Origin: Candidatus Omnitrophota bacterium
GTDB lineage: Bacteria > Omnitrophota > Gorgyraeia > Zapsychrales > Fredricksoniimonadaceae
DNA length: 64,000 bases
NCBI GenBank assembly: GCA_030650275.1
Contig: JAUSEK010000021.1
Coordinates: forward strand, 20,106 to 84,105
Reading direction: 5' to 3'
Shown: in pieces, positions 1 through 8,345 of the stretch
How positions within the stretch are numbered: position 1 is the stretch's first letter
Layout: each line of letters opens with the position of its first letter
Program-made: the position numbers and the translations under genes
The notes under the pieces: generated by a model
What the model was told of the DNA's origin: nothing
Seen by the model: only the letters and a program-made list of their open reading frames with translations
Database searches by the model: none

Positions 1-265
1 CTTGCGGACTTTCCACCACACAGATCATCTTGCGGTCGCGGTTGGTGTCCGCGCACACCAGACACATCTCCTGCTCGGACAAATTATTACACAACTTGCA
101 AAAACGCATGCCTTCCTTCAACTGGACCATATTATCGGCCAAAGCACGCACATTCTCCGATGGCTCGCTTAAAAGCCAGAAAACAATGCGCTCGGCACTG
201 CGCCGGCCGACACCGGGCAATTTTGACAAGCGTTCCAAAAGATTTTCTATTAACTTGGGGTACAT
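1..265 (-). CDS. recR: Recombination mediator RecR (N-terminal part, runs off window)
   Basis: Manual translation MYPKLIENLLERLSKLPGVGRRSAERIVFWLL...CKLCNNLSEQEMCLVC: HhH motif plus C4 zinc finger; follows dnaX. Confidence 0.93.
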   Translation of the reverse strand, partial: MYPKLIENLLERLSKLPGVGRRSAERIVFWLLSEPSENVRALADNMVQLKEGMRFCKLCNNLSEQEMCLVCADTNRDRKMICVVESPQ

Positions 266-271
266 GGGGTT

Positions 272-1813
272 TTATTCACTATGCCATTCTTTGACCACTT
301 CTCCGCCGAACATCTCCAAAGCCGCCTTCACCACCGTCTCATCTTTTTTAGGCACGGTAACGTCCCTGATCTTTAACACAACACGCACCCCAGTTCCCAA
401 TTTCTCGCTGAAAACTTTTTCAAGCAAAGCCAAACTCTCTTTCGTTTCCAAGGACTCTTTCTGGAACGCGTGGTCCTTATTGAACGCGATGGTCAATTGT
501 CCGTCCCGAAACGCGTAAGGCAGTCCATCCTGCAAATACGTGGCCATAGACATTTTCCGGCGGGAAACCTCATGGGTCAAAGCATTCCATTGTTCCTGAA
601 TACCCTGCAAGGACATTTCTAAACTCACCGGCGGCGCAGACGGTCTAGCAGGAACGACTTCCGCCGGCGCCGATGTTGCCGGCTTAACAACCGCGACCAC
701 AGGTTGGACCTGTGCCTGCGATTGCCCGCCATACGCCATCTTGGCAAAAGCCAATTCCAAAGGCATGCGCAGGGTCTCCATGACGCGGGCGGTTTCCTGC
801 GCCTCAATGAACAATTCAATGACCTTCAATATGCCGACGATGGTGATCCTCTCTGCCTGAATAGCCAGACGCTGTCTGACCGCGGCCGGATACTCCACCA
901 AACCTTTCAGATCCTGGCCGCCGATCTTCATGATCATCATGTGCCTGAAATGTTCGGTCAGGTCCTTGCCCAATTGCTTGATGTCCTTGCCCCGCTCAAT
1001 GATCTCATTGAACACCTTCAGGGCAGATACGCAATTTTTATCCACCAAGGCATCGGTCAATTGGAACAACAATTCGATCTCGACCATCCCCAGCATGGAG
1101 AACACGTCTTTGGCGTCAATGCCGTCGGATCCCAGGGCGCTCAACTGGTCCAAAATGCTCAACGCGTCGCGCATGCTGCCCTGCGCGGCCTTGGCAATGG
1201 CGAACAACGCCGCATCGTCTATTTTCAACTTCTCTTTGGCGCAAATGCCTTTGAGGGCCGAGGCGATCACGTCAACTGGAATGCGTTTGAAATCAAAACG
1301 CTGGCAGCGTGAAAGGATGGTTGAAGGGACTTTATTGGATTCGGTGGTGGCAAAAATGAATTTGACGTGTTCGGGCGGCTCTTCCAGGGTCTTGAGCAAA
1401 GCATTGAAGGCCTCGGAGGTGAGCATATGCACTTCATCAACAATATAAATTTTGTAACGGCCATAAGCAGGAGCGAATTTGACGTTCTCCCTCAAGGTGC
1501 GGATCTCATCAATGCCGCGGTTGGATGCCCCGTCGATCTCAATGACGTCAAAACTGTTGGACGAGGTGATCTCGCGGCAGGCAAAACATTTGCCGCACGG
1601 GATCAAGGTCGGCCCCTCCTGGCAATTGAGGGACTTGGCGAGGATGCGGGCGCACGAGGTCTTGCCTATGCCCCGGGGCCCGCAAAACAAAAACGCATGG
1701 GCAATGCGTTTGGACTCAATGGATCTTTTTAATAACTGGGTGATGTGGTCCTGCCCGATGACCTCGGCAAAGGTCTGGGGACGGTATTTGCGGGCTAAAA
1801 CAAGATAGGACAT
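272..1813 (-). CDS. dnaX: DNA polymerase III subunit gamma/tau
   Basis: LARKYRPQTF, GPRGIGKTS Walker A, EIDGASN, DEVHML, SRC motif. Confidence 0.97.
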   Translation of the reverse strand: MSYLVLARKYRPQTFAEVIGQDHITQLLKRSIESKRIAHAFLFCGPRGIGKTSCARILAKSLNCQEGPTLIPCGKCFACREITSSNSFDVIEIDGASNRGIDEIRTLRENVKFAPAYGRYKIYIVDEVHMLTSEAFNALLKTLEEPPEHVKFIFATTESNKVPSTILSRCQRFDFKRIPVDVIASALKGICAKEKLKIDDAALFAIAKAAQGSMRDALSILDQLSALGSDGIDAKDVFSMLGMVEIELLFQLTDALVDKNCVSALKVFNEIIERGKDIKQLGKDLTEHFRHMMIMKIGGQDLKGLVEYPAAVRQRLAIQAERITIVGILKVIELFIEAQETARVMETLRMPLELAFAKMAYGGQSQAQVQPVVAVVKPATSAPAEVVPARPSAPPVSLEMSLQGIQEQWNALTHEVSRRKMSMATYLQDGLPYAFRDGQLTIAFNKDHAFQKESLETKESLALLEKVFSEKLGTGVRVVLKIRDVTVPKKDETVVKAALEMFGGEVVKEWHSE

Positions 1814-1821
1814 AGGTAGTT

Positions 1822-1851
1822 ACAATATCCCAAATGCACCGGTAAAATCAA
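1822..1851 (-). promoter_or_regulatory. Putative sigma70 promoter of dnaX
   Basis: TTGATT-N18-TATTGT, 8 nt before the ATG; no SD. Confidence 0.45.
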
Positions 1852-1865
1852 GGGATATTTGCGTA

Positions 1866-4097
1866 TTACCAACGGTACAGGGACTTGCGGACCGGTTTTT
1901 CCGATTCAGATGGTTTAGCAAACGGCTTAGGCGATGGCTTGCTGCCTTGAGGTTTAACGCTGGGCTTGCTGCGCATGGACAGGGAAATACGCTTGCGGGC
2001 AATGTCCACCTCTAAAATCTTCACTTTTACCTTCTGCTGGACCTTAAGAAAATCCGCGGGACTTTTGATATAGGTATCGGACATTTCGCTGATGTGCACC
2101 AGCCCATCCTGATGCACGCCGATGTCCACAAAGGCCCCGAAGGCCGTGACATTGGTGACAATGCCGGTCAACTCCATACCCGGGGTCAGGTCCTCAAGTT
2201 TTTCAACCCCCTCTTTAAATTGTACAACTTCAAATTTGGCGCGCGGGTCGCGTCCGGGTTTAGCCAATTCTTCCTTGATATCCAAAAGCGTCGGCAGACC
2301 CACCTGCTCGCTGACATATTTATGCACGTCGATCTTTTGACGCAATTTCTCATCCTTCATCAGGTCCTCCACCGAAGCCCCGACGTCTTTAGCCATCCGT
2401 TCAACAATGGCATAACTTTCCGGATGCACGGCCGAAGCATCAAGCGAGCTTTTACCGCCGCGGATGCGCAAGAAACCAGCCGCCTGTTCAAAGGCCTTGG
2501 CGCCTAATTTGGGTACCTTTTTTAATTCTTCCCGCGCATTGAACGCGCCGTTGGTGTTGCGATGCTCCACAATGGCCTGGGCCGAAGCCGGACCCAAACC
2601 GGAAACATACATCAACAATTGTTTGCTGGCGCTGTTGACCTCCACCCCCACCTGATTGACGCTGCTGATCACCACGTCATCAAGCATGTTCTTTAATTTG
2701 TTCTGGTCCACGTCGTGCTGGTACTGGCCGACACCGATGCTTTTGGGGTCTATTTTCACCAACTCCGCCAGAGGGTCCTGTAAGCGCCGGCCGATGGACA
2801 CCGACCCGCGCACCGTCACGTCATGATCGGGAAATTCTTCACGGGCCGCGTCGGAAGCGGAATAAATGGATGCCCCGCTCTCATTGACCATCACGACCTG
2901 GATGCCGGGCAATTTCAAAAAACGGGCAAAGGCCTCGGTCTCGCGGCCGGCTGTGCCGTTACCAACAGCAATACATTCAATATCAAACGTCTGGCATAAT
3001 TTCTTCATCGTCTGAATGGCGCGTTCTTTTTCCGCCTCGCTTTGGGTGACATAAATGACTGTATGGTGCATCAACTTGCCCTGGGCGTTCAAACACACCA
3101 CCTTGCACCCCGTGCGATAACCGGGGTCCATGGCCAAAATATTCTTTTGTCCCAAAGGCGATGCCATCAATAATTGACGCAAATTATCCGCGAACACTTG
3201 AATGGCTTCCTCATCGGCTTTTTGTTTGCTTAACAGACGCGCCTCTGTCTCTATGGACAAAGACAAAAGCCGTTTGAAACAATCTTCAACAGCCATTTGC
3301 ACCTGCGATGAACAGGCATTCGCGGGGCTGGCCACGAACATCTCATGAAGAATGGACAGGGCCTCTTGTTCACCAACGGTGATGCGCATCATCAGGAATT
3401 CTTCCTTCTCCCCCCGGCGCATGGCCAGAACGCGGTGGGACGGCGCTGTCTTCACCGGCTCCTTCCAATCATAGTAATCCTTGAATTTAACCCCCTCTTG
3501 TTCCTTGCCTTTGATGACTTTAGATTCAAGTACTGCTTTTTCCAGATAAAGGGCACGGATCCTGGCACGGGCTTGAGCATTTTCATTGACCCATTCCGCG
3601 ATGATGTCGCGGCTGCCGGCCAGGGCCTCGTCAATATCGGCAACACCTTTGGCAGGGTCAATAAAACGCGCGGCCTCGATCTTTGGGTCAACGTCCGGAT
3701 TTTGCTTAAAAATGAGCGCGGCCAACGGTTCCAAACCTTTTTCTTTGGCAATGGTGGCCCGGGTGCGGCGTTTGGGCTTATACGGAAGATACAGGTCTTC
3801 CAGCACCGTCATGGTCTGGGCGGCATTGATCTTTTCTTTCAGATCGTCGGAGAGTTTGCCCTGCTTGGTGATGGACTCCAGAATGGCGGCGCGGCGCTCG
3901 TCGAGTTCCTGCATTTGCCGCAGGCGGTCGCGGATCTGCGTGATGGCCACCTCATCCAAAGAACCGGTGACTTCCTTGCGGTAACGGGCGATAAAAGGAA
4001 CAGTGCCGCCCTCGTCTAAAAGGACGGCGGCGGCAACGACCTGCTTTTCTCTTAAATTAAGTTCCTGGCAAACCTTGAGGATGTGGGAAGAATTCAT
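1866..4097 (-). CDS. tex: Tex family RNA-binding transcription accessory protein
   Basis: TVPFIARYRKEVTG, DPGYRTGCK, GVGQYQHDV, C-terminal S1 domain; ATG at 4097 overlaps the upstream stop (ATGA). Confidence 0.95.
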   Translation of the reverse strand: MNSSHILKVCQELNLREKQVVAAAVLLDEGGTVPFIARYRKEVTGSLDEVAITQIRDRLRQMQELDERRAAILESITKQGKLSDDLKEKINAAQTMTVLEDLYLPYKPKRRTRATIAKEKGLEPLAALIFKQNPDVDPKIEAARFIDPAKGVADIDEALAGSRDIIAEWVNENAQARARIRALYLEKAVLESKVIKGKEQEGVKFKDYYDWKEPVKTAPSHRVLAMRRGEKEEFLMMRITVGEQEALSILHEMFVASPANACSSQVQMAVEDCFKRLLSLSIETEARLLSKQKADEEAIQVFADNLRQLLMASPLGQKNILAMDPGYRTGCKVVCLNAQGKLMHHTVIYVTQSEAEKERAIQTMKKLCQTFDIECIAVGNGTAGRETEAFARFLKLPGIQVVMVNESGASIYSASDAAREEFPDHDVTVRGSVSIGRRLQDPLAELVKIDPKSIGVGQYQHDVDQNKLKNMLDDVVISSVNQVGVEVNSASKQLLMYVSGLGPASAQAIVEHRNTNGAFNAREELKKVPKLGAKAFEQAAGFLRIRGGKSSLDASAVHPESYAIVERMAKDVGASVEDLMKDEKLRQKIDVHKYVSEQVGLPTLLDIKEELAKPGRDPRAKFEVVQFKEGVEKLEDLTPGMELTGIVTNVTAFGAFVDIGVHQDGLVHISEMSDTYIKSPADFLKVQQKVKVKILEVDIARKRISLSMRSKPSVKPQGSKPSPKPFAKPSESEKPVRKSLYRW

Positions 4098-6211
4098 CGC
4101 GACTTCGCCGGTGGCGCTAACGGCGGCCACAGGGGCAGGGCTATACCCGACTGAATAATGGCAAATATCCTCGGCTGGATGGCCATCGCGGGCCGCGCCC
4201 TGTTGACTATTTGAGGAGGTTCAACGTTCAAAGCCATTTCCTTGATAAGACTCCCCATCTGTTCGTCCCTTTTGGAATGACCCGGATTCATCGACCAGGA
4301 TACCGATGCGTTCCAATACCCGTTGATCAGATTTTTCTTTCCGGTATCGGGATCATAGACTACGTTTGGGATTTGATGATAGGAAACTTCCAAAAGGATA
4401 CGTTTCATCCATTTTTTTGATTCTTCCCTGTTTCCCAGCTCATAATGACTGGCCGCTAAGATCCACATGGCCGCGGCCACTTCATTCAATATAGGATATT
4501 TCCAGATCGCAATATGTAAAGGATTATTATTGCCTCGAAACGTCGTTCCCCAGGGATACGCGATCAATCCGCCGATCTCCCGGGATTTTTGTCCTTGCTC
4601 TTCCTGGGCCAAACGGACCCAGACCGGATCATCGATCACCTTCTGCGCCCAAACAATGGCTTCATTGTAATCCTTCTTTTCAAATGCCTGCCACGCGTGC
4701 AAATTGTATTGTCCCGGCTCAACAACCTGCGTCCTTGGGTCAGGAAAATGAGTCGGCACGTTTTCCTGAAAAGATCTATCCGCCACGATGCTGTTGACAT
4801 GATCTGCGGCTCTTTTCCGTTCACCTGCGCTGATATTGATCTGTCTATAAATTGAAAAATAGTCATCATCGAGGACAAAGGGATTCACCCCATTAATGGG
4901 CAACACTCCCCAAGCGCCTATAAAACTACCCCCTTCAATTCCTCCGGAAGGATTTTTGGCATAAAAAAATGGAGTTTTCCATCCGTGCCCGACGGCTACG
5001 CCTTGCCCGGTGGCATAAAAGAACATTTTAAAACCCTTCACTTCATAGGCCGCTTTTAACAATTCATCCGTCAGCAATTCGGCGATCGCCTTGAAATTTC
5101 TGGCTTTTTTCCTGCTGCCCGCGTTCCAAAATCTTACGGCGTTCTTCTGTAAAGCTAAAATGACCCCGCCGGTCCACTCGGGCGATCCCACAGGATGAAA
5201 CCCTCCACGGGCCTTGATGACATCAGGATCTTTAGCATCTGTAAAATCAACGGAAATGATGGTCCGGCTTTTCCCGCCGGGAAATTCCAGCGTGACGCGC
5301 ACAAGACTTTTCGCCAGCATGGTTCCCGTTAAACGTTCGAGCGCGTCCAGCGGGACCGCATCCCCCAATTTTCCAGCCATGGTCCATGAATAGGCGTCTG
5401 TGGCAAATATCGCGCTCGGACCGTTTTCCCATATCCCTTGATGGATCGCTCCTTGCCGCGGCAGATAAACATTGTTCATAAACCACGCGGAAGCCCTGTC
5501 CGCGGCCTGTTTCCATTTCATGTCTTGCGTCAACTCGAACAATTGATAAAAAACATCAACGGTGTCCGCGTGCGGTTCGGTATGGACCCTGCCGGGCGTC
5601 CTATCTCCATCGCTGACAGCGCCGTCCGGTCTTTGCATGGCCAGCAAGGTTTCTCCCAAAATAACGGCATCATACAAATATTTTGCTTTATTGACCTGCA
5701 GCATCGCCATGATGAGAAAAGCGGTCGGCCCTGGCGTTGTCAAATATTCCAATTCTCCCTTCCCTTGCTTTCGGATGGATGTGCGGTCAACAGCATTGAT
5801 CAAGCCTAATGCAGGACTGTCTTTTCCAAAAAGTTTTAATATGCCATAGGTTTTGTTCGCATCGCTGTTGTTAACGATCTCATTGCGGGGAATATGTAAT
5901 CGCTGCGTGAAATAATCGATGATCCTTTCGGCTTCGCCCTGGTTTCCCGCCGCCTTTAATATCATGGCCATGACCGCGGCGTCATAGATGAAGGTCAAAT
6001 TTTCAAATCCCGGATGGCCATATAAACTGGGTGACAGGCCCGTACCAGGGTCTGCCAATCTTATGATGCTTTGAGAGGCGCCATGCGTTAAATCATATAT
6101 ATCTAATGGTGTCAAGGCACGGGCATTCAACGGCCAGCTAAATGCCGATAAAAAAACCATGGTAAGCAATAATGAACGTAGGGAGGTGGGAACTACCGGA
6201 GTTTTGTTCAT
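4094..6211 (-). CDS. Large secreted hypothetical protein; possible (alpha/alpha)6 glycoside-hydrolase-like domain plus C-terminal TPR-like domain
   Basis: N-terminal hydrophobic signal (ARA cleavage site); helical repeats with motifs FIYDAA, HTEPH, ATDAYSW, SPEWTG; TPR-like AWQAFEKKDYNEAI and LNEVAAAMWILAASHYELG. Confidence 0.5.
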   Translation of the reverse strand: MNKTPVVPTSLRSLLLTMVFLSAFSWPLNARALTPLDIYDLTHGASQSIIRLADPGTGLSPSLYGHPGFENLTFIYDAAVMAMILKAAGNQGEAERIIDYFTQRLHIPRNEIVNNSDANKTYGILKLFGKDSPALGLINAVDRTSIRKQGKGELEYLTTPGPTAFLIMAMLQVNKAKYLYDAVILGETLLAMQRPDGAVSDGDRTPGRVHTEPHADTVDVFYQLFELTQDMKWKQAADRASAWFMNNVYLPRQGAIHQGIWENGPSAIFATDAYSWTMAGKLGDAVPLDALERLTGTMLAKSLVRVTLEFPGGKSRTIISVDFTDAKDPDVIKARGGFHPVGSPEWTGGVILALQKNAVRFWNAGSRKKARNFKAIAELLTDELLKAAYEVKGFKMFFYATGQGVAVGHGWKTPFFYAKNPSGGIEGGSFIGAWGVLPINGVNPFVLDDDYFSIYRQINISAGERKRAADHVNSIVADRSFQENVPTHFPDPRTQVVEPGQYNLHAWQAFEKKDYNEAIVWAQKVIDDPVWVRLAQEEQGQKSREIGGLIAYPWGTTFRGNNNPLHIAIWKYPILNEVAAAMWILAASHYELGNREESKKWMKRILLEVSYHQIPNVVYDPDTGKKNLINGYWNASVSWSMNPGHSKRDEQMGSLIKEMALNVEPPQIVNRARPAMAIQPRIFAIIQSGIALPLWPPLAPPAKSR

Positions 6212-6299
6212 ATTCGGAAGTCAGGCTATCCTTCTAAGGTTAAGGATCCTATGACTTTGCGCCCCCACTTTACAATGGGTTTGCCTTTGTCGTAGAACA
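6212..6299 (-). promoter_or_regulatory. c-di-GMP-I (GEMM-I) riboswitch aptamer
   Basis: Minus strand AAAGGCAAACCCATT-GTAA-AGTGGGGGCGCAAAGTCATAGGATCC...GGATAGCCTGACTTCCGAA matches the GGCAAAC/GNRA/CGCAAAG/CCGA consensus. Confidence 0.88.
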
Positions 6300-6565
6300 G
6301 GTATTTCAAAATTCTAATAGAGAGTATGTCCTATGCCAAATAAAAAGCAAGGGTTTCAAACCGCATGCCCTTGCTGGAAAATTAATATATAACCATTGCA
6401 GTATAAATGGGTTACGCCATCATACCCTGGTGTGGAATACGTTTTCCACCCTGTGGATATGTCAGCAAGACCAAGTCCTGCAATGAGTTGCCGAATTAAA
6501 CTTTTAATTAAAAAATTCTAATAGAATATAACTGATTGGAAGATATTGAGTTGCAGATAAACTTA

Positions 6566-6836
6566 AAAAACGGAGAGGCAGGGATTCCTTCTCCCCCGGC
6601 GTGACATTCGTCACGCCTCCTCCGAAGCCGGCCGCCCTCGCTTGAACCAGTGGCGCTCGGGTCGGCTTCGAATCAGTAGATATCCACGACCTCACGGTCG
6701 TGGCACTTCTGTTGTTCTTGTTACTTTCAGGCTTCGCCTGTCCTCGGCAAAAAATCATTGCCTCGGATGCTATCCATCTACAACCTTACGGGTGTAGGTT
6801 TACGAAGGATTTCTAAAGTTAAACCTAATATAAAAA
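6566..6836 (-). repeat. tRNA-linked structured element ending in a 22-bp direct copy of the tRNA-Ser 3' end
   Basis: AAAAACGGAGAGGCAGGGATTC at 6566-6587 and 6832-6853; multiple hairpins in between. Confidence 0.8.
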
Positions 6837-6925
6837 CGGAGAGGCAGGGATTCGAACCCTGGGACCAGGTTACCCCGGTCAACTGCTTAGCAGGCAGCTC
6901 CGTTCGGCCACTCCGGCACCTCTCC
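6837..6925 (-). tRNA. tRNA-Ser(GCT), CCA not encoded
   Basis: GGAGAGG/CCTCTCC acceptor stem, anticodon loop CT-GCT-AA, long variable arm, GGTTCGAATCC. Confidence 0.95.
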
Positions 6926-7402
6926 CTAATTATCCTGCACAGCTTTTGCCTTGCGCTTCTTCTCAAAAAACTCACTGACAATGGCCCCGCATTCGCCGGC
7001 CAGGATCCCGCCGACAACATCAACACGATGGTTCAACCGCTCATGCCGGACGATGTTCATCAAAGACCCGCATGCGCCTGTTTTGGGGTCCTCGGCACCG
7101 TAACACAAACGCTTCAAACGGGCCAGCACCAGCGCCCCGGCGCACATCGAACAGGGCTCGATTGTAACATAGAGGGTACACTCCCGCAACCACTTCGCGG
7201 ACAAGCCGCTCGTCGCCTGCGTGATGGCGATCATTTCGGCATGCGCGGTGGGATCTTTGAGCGTTTCCACCTGATTATGGGCCCGGGCAATGATCTTATT
7301 CTCATGGACGATCACCGCGCCGACGGGAACTTCATCCGCCTCATAGGCCTTTTTTGCCTGGCGCAATGCTTCCCGCATGAACATCTCATCAATTTGGGTC
7401 AT
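6926..7402 (-). CDS. tadA: tRNA adenosine(34) deaminase
   Basis: EVPVGAVIV, HAE and EPCSMCAG zinc deaminase motifs, DPKTGA. Confidence 0.95.
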   Translation of the reverse strand: MTQIDEMFMREALRQAKKAYEADEVPVGAVIVHENKIIARAHNQVETLKDPTAHAEMIAITQATSGLSAKWLRECTLYVTIEPCSMCAGALVLARLKRLCYGAEDPKTGACGSLMNIVRHERLNHRVDVVGGILAGECGAIVSEFFEKKRKAKAVQDN

Positions 7403-8121
7403 CAGGGTTTGGAAATAACCGCTAAAGGAAGGTCAATACGGACAACGGTGCCTGTGCGCAAAGAACTTTTGATGTGGATACCGCCACCCGCTTTCTCAAC
7501 GATGGTGTGGACCACGGAAAGGCCGAGACCGGCGCTTTTTTCAAAACCGCGTTCCTTGGTGGTAAAAAACGGTTCAAAAACTTTTGACAAATGTTCCGGG
7601 GTGATGCCAACGCCTTCGTCCTGGACCTCGACCACCGCTCTCTTATTTGACCGGTCCCGGGTCGTGCGTATCCTCACTGTCCCTCCGGCTGGCATGGCCT
7701 GCATGGCATTGACCAAAACATTATGGATGACCTGGTGGCATTCAACCTTCCCCAAACGGACGGGCGGGATATCCTTGGCCAACCGCAGGGACATTTTGAT
7801 CCTGGCCGCCTTGATCTGTTGCTTTAACAAAGCAGCGATCTCTCTGATGACCTCATTGACCGCGCAGGAGCCACTGGACGATCTGACCAGCATACGGCCG
7901 GTGGCGGCGCAACAGCGTTTGAGCTGGCGGTTCATCTGCTCGAGGGTGGTGATAATTTTAGTAAAATCCTTATAAGACAGGTATTCAAAATCGCGGCGTT
8001 TGTATTCGTCAATGAGTTTCTGCGTGCTTTTGCTGACCGACTGCAGGGGGCCGTCCAATTCGTGGGCAAGCCCGGACAGGATGGTCAAAAATTCGCGGGA
8101 AGATTTTTCAGATAAAGCCAT
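7402..8121 (-). CDS. Cytoplasmic histidine kinase (HisKA-HATPase only, no sensor domain)
   Basis: LAHELDGPL H-box, NAMQAM N-box, DEGVG, FEPFFTTK, GLGL; the GTG start at 8193 lies inside the tRNA repeat, so ATG 8121 is preferred. Confidence 0.85.
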   Translation of the reverse strand: MALSEKSSREFLTILSGLAHELDGPLQSVSKSTQKLIDEYKRRDFEYLSYKDFTKIITTLEQMNRQLKRCCAATGRMLVRSSSGSCAVNEVIREIAALLKQQIKAARIKMSLRLAKDIPPVRLGKVECHQVIHNVLVNAMQAMPAGGTVRIRTTRDRSNKRAVVEVQDEGVGITPEHLSKVFEPFFTTKERGFEKSAGLGLSVVHTIVEKAGGGIHIKSSLRTGTVVRIDLPLAVISKP

Positions 8122-8129
8122 AGGATAAA

Positions 8130-8265
8130 AAACGCGCCTAAGAGGACTCGGCGCCCCGACTTTTCTCGTATTATTGAAGTCGGGGTCGGCCACCCGCTCT
8201 ATAAACTGCTCCTATTCGTCGCAGTTTATAAACAGAGCTCCTTCGAGTCCTTTATGAAAGTTAAA
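8130..8265 (-). repeat. tRNA-linked structured element ending in a 21-bp direct copy of the tRNA-Arg 3' end
   Basis: AAACGCGCCTAAGAGGACTCG at 8130-8150 and 8263-8283; two hairpins plus an inverted T-arm copy at 8242-8251. Confidence 0.8.
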
Positions 8266-8339
8266 CGCGCCTAAGAGGACTCGAACCTCTAACCCTCAGT
8301 TCCGTAGACTGATGCTCTATCCAGTTGAGCTATAGGCGC
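8266..8339 (-). tRNA. tRNA-Arg(ACG), CCA not encoded
   Basis: GCGCCTA/TAGGCGC acceptor stem, loop CT-ACG-GA, GGTTCGAGTCC. Confidence 0.95.
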
Positions 8340-8345
8340 AAATTT

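Noticed and set aside
344-350. AAAAAAG slippery heptamer in dnaX
   Set aside because: Lies about 25 codons from the C-terminus, not after domain III, and has no evident stimulatory hairpin; unlikely to be the gamma/tau frameshift site
6758-7975. 405-aa plus-strand ORF
   Set aside because: Antisense to tRNA-Ser, tadA and the kinase; shadow frame
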